Assembly (NCBI GenBank): GCA_001724265.1
Contig: MEDY01000132.1
Coordinates: forward strand, 1-64,000
Direction: 5' to 3'
From: Rhizaria sp. SCN 62-66
Taxonomy: Eukaryota
Length of the DNA stretch: 64,000 bases
The notes under the pieces were generated by a model that did not search any database, was not told where the DNA came from, and saw only the letters and a list, made by a program, of their open reading frames with translations. This document shows positions 61,401-64,000 of this stretch, piece after piece (within the stretch, counting starts at the first letter, position 1; every line of letters begins with the position of its first letter). A program made the position numbers and the translations under genes.

Positions 61401-63576
61401 GACGGCGGCCGCGCAGCCGGAGGACCTGACGCTTGCGGCGCGCGCGCGGGCTCGGATCCCCCACGGCCAGCTCGTGTCGGCGTCCACTGCAGAGTACGTG
61501 GCCGTGGGGGACCTAGACGAGCAGGCCGAGAGTGTATACGCGCCGTCGGCCGCGGCCACTGCGGCGGCGACCAAGGCGATGGGTGGCGTGTTCTTCAACG
61601 ATTTGGTCAGCACAATGCCGCCAGTGCTGCCGATCCACGTCCGCACTGCTCTGGCCTATGAGGCTGCTGAGGCGACAAACGTCGCAGCTCCTTCCGCGTT
61701 CGCGCCGGCGCTGCTTGCTCTCCGCCAGCTTCTGCAGAGCCAGAGCCAGGATTCCTCTTCCTCCGGCGGTGTGTCGCCGCTGCTGCCGGAATCAGTTGCG
61801 ACGCCGGCGCCGTTGATCCAGGCCGTCATCCAGCAAGACGCCTCGAAACGGCTTTCGAACGGCAGCAGCGGCGCGTCCGGCAGCAACGGCGGTGGGAGCG
61901 ACGGCGCCGCGAGCGCTGACGCTGACGGCGAAGCGGCTGCTGCTGCGGCGGCCGCGGTGGCTGCCGCCGAGGCGCGTGCGTGGCTGTCGCTGTCAACAGT
62001 GCCGGCGCACGCGATGTCCAAGGGCCGCGACGCGACCGCGGCCGTGGAGGCCGCAAGCGGGCGCTGGGAGTGGCGCCAGATCCACTTCTCGGAGCTCGCG
62101 GTGTGCTTTTCCAAGGCGCAACAGCAGCACTTGCAGGCACAGGCGCTGGCGCAGAGCGGGGGCGGCGCGGGCAACGGGAGTAGTCTTTCTAATCCCGTGG
62201 CGACGGCGAACGCGACTGCGGCCAGCGGCGTAAACCCAGTGTTTGCGCCTGTGATGCTGCACACGAACATGCTCCGCGGTAACTTCTTCGCGCCGATCAT
62301 GCTCCGCGTCTTCCGCCAAAAGCCCACTGCTATTGCTGCTGCTAACAACAGCAACCGCAGTAATACTGGTGAAGACGATGACGATGAGGAGGGTGGCCGT
62401 TCTGCGCCCTCTAGAACCGGTGCTACACTGGTCGGCTATGTTATCACGACGTTATTCGAGCTGCTGACACAGCAAGCCATCACTAAGATGCAAGCTGTGC
62501 AAGATAAACTCAAGCCGCCTGCCGCCGCGAAGGCTGCCAAGTCACCCGCCAGCGCCAGCGACTCTAGCAGTCCTATCAGCGAGGTTCTCACATCGACCAG
62601 TCTAAGTACCCCGCCCTGGCGTCTAAGTACCCCGCGTCTCGCTAACGCCTTCTGGGGCGCCGACTACACGAGCTCCAGTCTGAGCACGGGCGCCGGCGCC
62701 GCCGCCCCGGCCACGGCGACGGCGGCCACCGCCGAGCCCGACGCGGAGGGCGATGCGACGGCCTACGACGCCAGCCGCGATCGCGCACTCTCGCTTGCCA
62801 AGTCCACCGCCAACGCCTCGGGCACGCCCGCCGCCGCGCAGGTCCCGTTCGAGCTTACGGAGGCGAGCGCGGCGTTCGCGGCGGCCGGTCCGGCCGCGGC
62901 GGCGCGCGCGCTAGGCGAGCGCACTAGCGGCGGCGGCGCCGTGGGCTGGGAGTCCGAGTCCGTGGCAGTCACGTTCGCGCTCGAAAACGAGGGCGACCGC
63001 AAGTTCTGGGCCAAGAAGCAGGCCGCCGCGCTGCGCAAACTGCAGAAGAAGGCTGCGGCCGCGGCGGCCAACAGCGCCAGCGGCACCAGCACTGGCACTG
63101 GCTACATCGGGGCTGGCAGCAACACGGTGACCCCGAGAGCGACTGCGGCGGCGGCGGCGGCCGCCGCGAGCGTGACCGCCGCTCCCGGCACTGCTGCGGG
63201 CACCGGGTACAGCAACAGTGGGCGGCTGCGGGTCGGCGTGTCGGTCTGGAGCGCGTGGGAGGACTGCTACACTGATGACGACGTCGCGCCCGCTGTCGTA
63301 CTCAAGTCCGCGCACGACAGGCTGGAGATCGCGCGCGCGTATGGGTGGGCGCTGGGGCTCAAGACGCCCGATGACGTCATCGGCAAAGTGGCGGAGCTGC
63401 CTGTGCGCACGCACGAGTGGACGCGCATGCAGTTACAGCAGCAGCAACAGCAGCTGCGGCGCGGCCACACCGCGGCCGCCGCAGGGGGGTCGGCGGCGGC
63501 AAGCGGGGAGTTTGACAAGAGGGAGAAGAAGGAGAAGAAAGAAAAGAAGGAAAAGAAAGAGAAGAAGCACGAGTAA
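54028..63576 (+). CDS. ~3080-aa low-complexity protein with two fragmented copine-type C2 domains; exons 54028-54030, 54155-58823, 59000-63576
   Basis: ATG-only first coding exon followed by intron 54031-54154 (GTACGA..TACTAAC..CCAG); intron 58824-58999 is in frame. C2-like FAPLLLPAWSLCRDELDRPVRVRV...TSVREIL and VQLRVSGLKL...YFLQV...NPVFAPV...PIMLRVF...LVGYVITTLFELL...YSNSGRLRV. KKE repeat at the C-terminus; stop TAA. Confidence 0.7.
54376..54418 (+). repeat. (CAG/AGC)n microsatellite read as poly-Ser
   Basis: About 14 uninterrupted AGC units. The same triplet is read as poly-Gln at 55370-55403. Confidence 0.9.
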
Positions 63577-64000
63577 TCTTGACTGACGGCAGTGAATCGA
63601 GTCAGTTAAGTTACTTTACGTAGCGATGCTTTTGTCATGTGATGCTTCGAAGTACTTCCGCTTGTATTATCTTGGTTTGATTTTTTTGTCTAATGACACA
63701 CTATGTTGTCTGGTATTGTGCTTATTTTGTAAACTACCCTTATTCATTATTACTATTATCATCACTACTATTGTCTGTTTCATTTGAAAGCCGTGTCTGT
63801 GTTTGACGATTACCAGTGGCTGCTACGTGAACTTGTTTGTTTTATAGCCACCCCTTTTGCTCATTGACAGTACTTAGTGTATTGTTTACGCATTTATTTA
63901 GCTCTTGTCTAACATCTGACGAACATTACCCATGTGTAACGTCGACTCTTACGCATCTCCTGGATTTGTATTAAGCTTAACATCTTTTGGTGCTCGATGC

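Overview
Gene-dense eukaryotic (protist-like, probably ciliated/flagellated) nuclear DNA with GC-rich exons, AT-rich 116-232 nt GT-AG introns and 0.5-2.2 kb AT-rich intergenic spacers. I reconstruct 11 protein-coding genes by eye: an EF-hand-like protein, a multi-WH2-like repeat protein, a pseudokinase plus CDCA7-type zinc-finger protein, DDX6/Dhh1, a MINPP1-type histidine phosphatase, a catalytically dead papain-family protease, HEATR3/Syo1, an IQ-motif LRRIQ1-like protein, a DZIP1-like protein with a C2-like module, an SLC35F6-like transporter and a giant protein with two copine-type C2 domains. Most proteins are inflated by Ala/Ser/Asn/Gln low-complexity inserts. Most striking signals: (1) two genes are each interrupted by one in-frame TAG while none of the 11 genes ends in TAG, suggesting UAG recoding or readthrough; (2) two DNA motifs (AAGTTAAGCCG, TAAGTACCCC) are strongly over-represented inside exons; (3) all 18 introns have a GTNYG donor, mostly GTACG, and none has +4A. 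I saw no rRNA, tRNA, CRISPR or recognisable transposon. All family calls are from motif recognition, not database searches.
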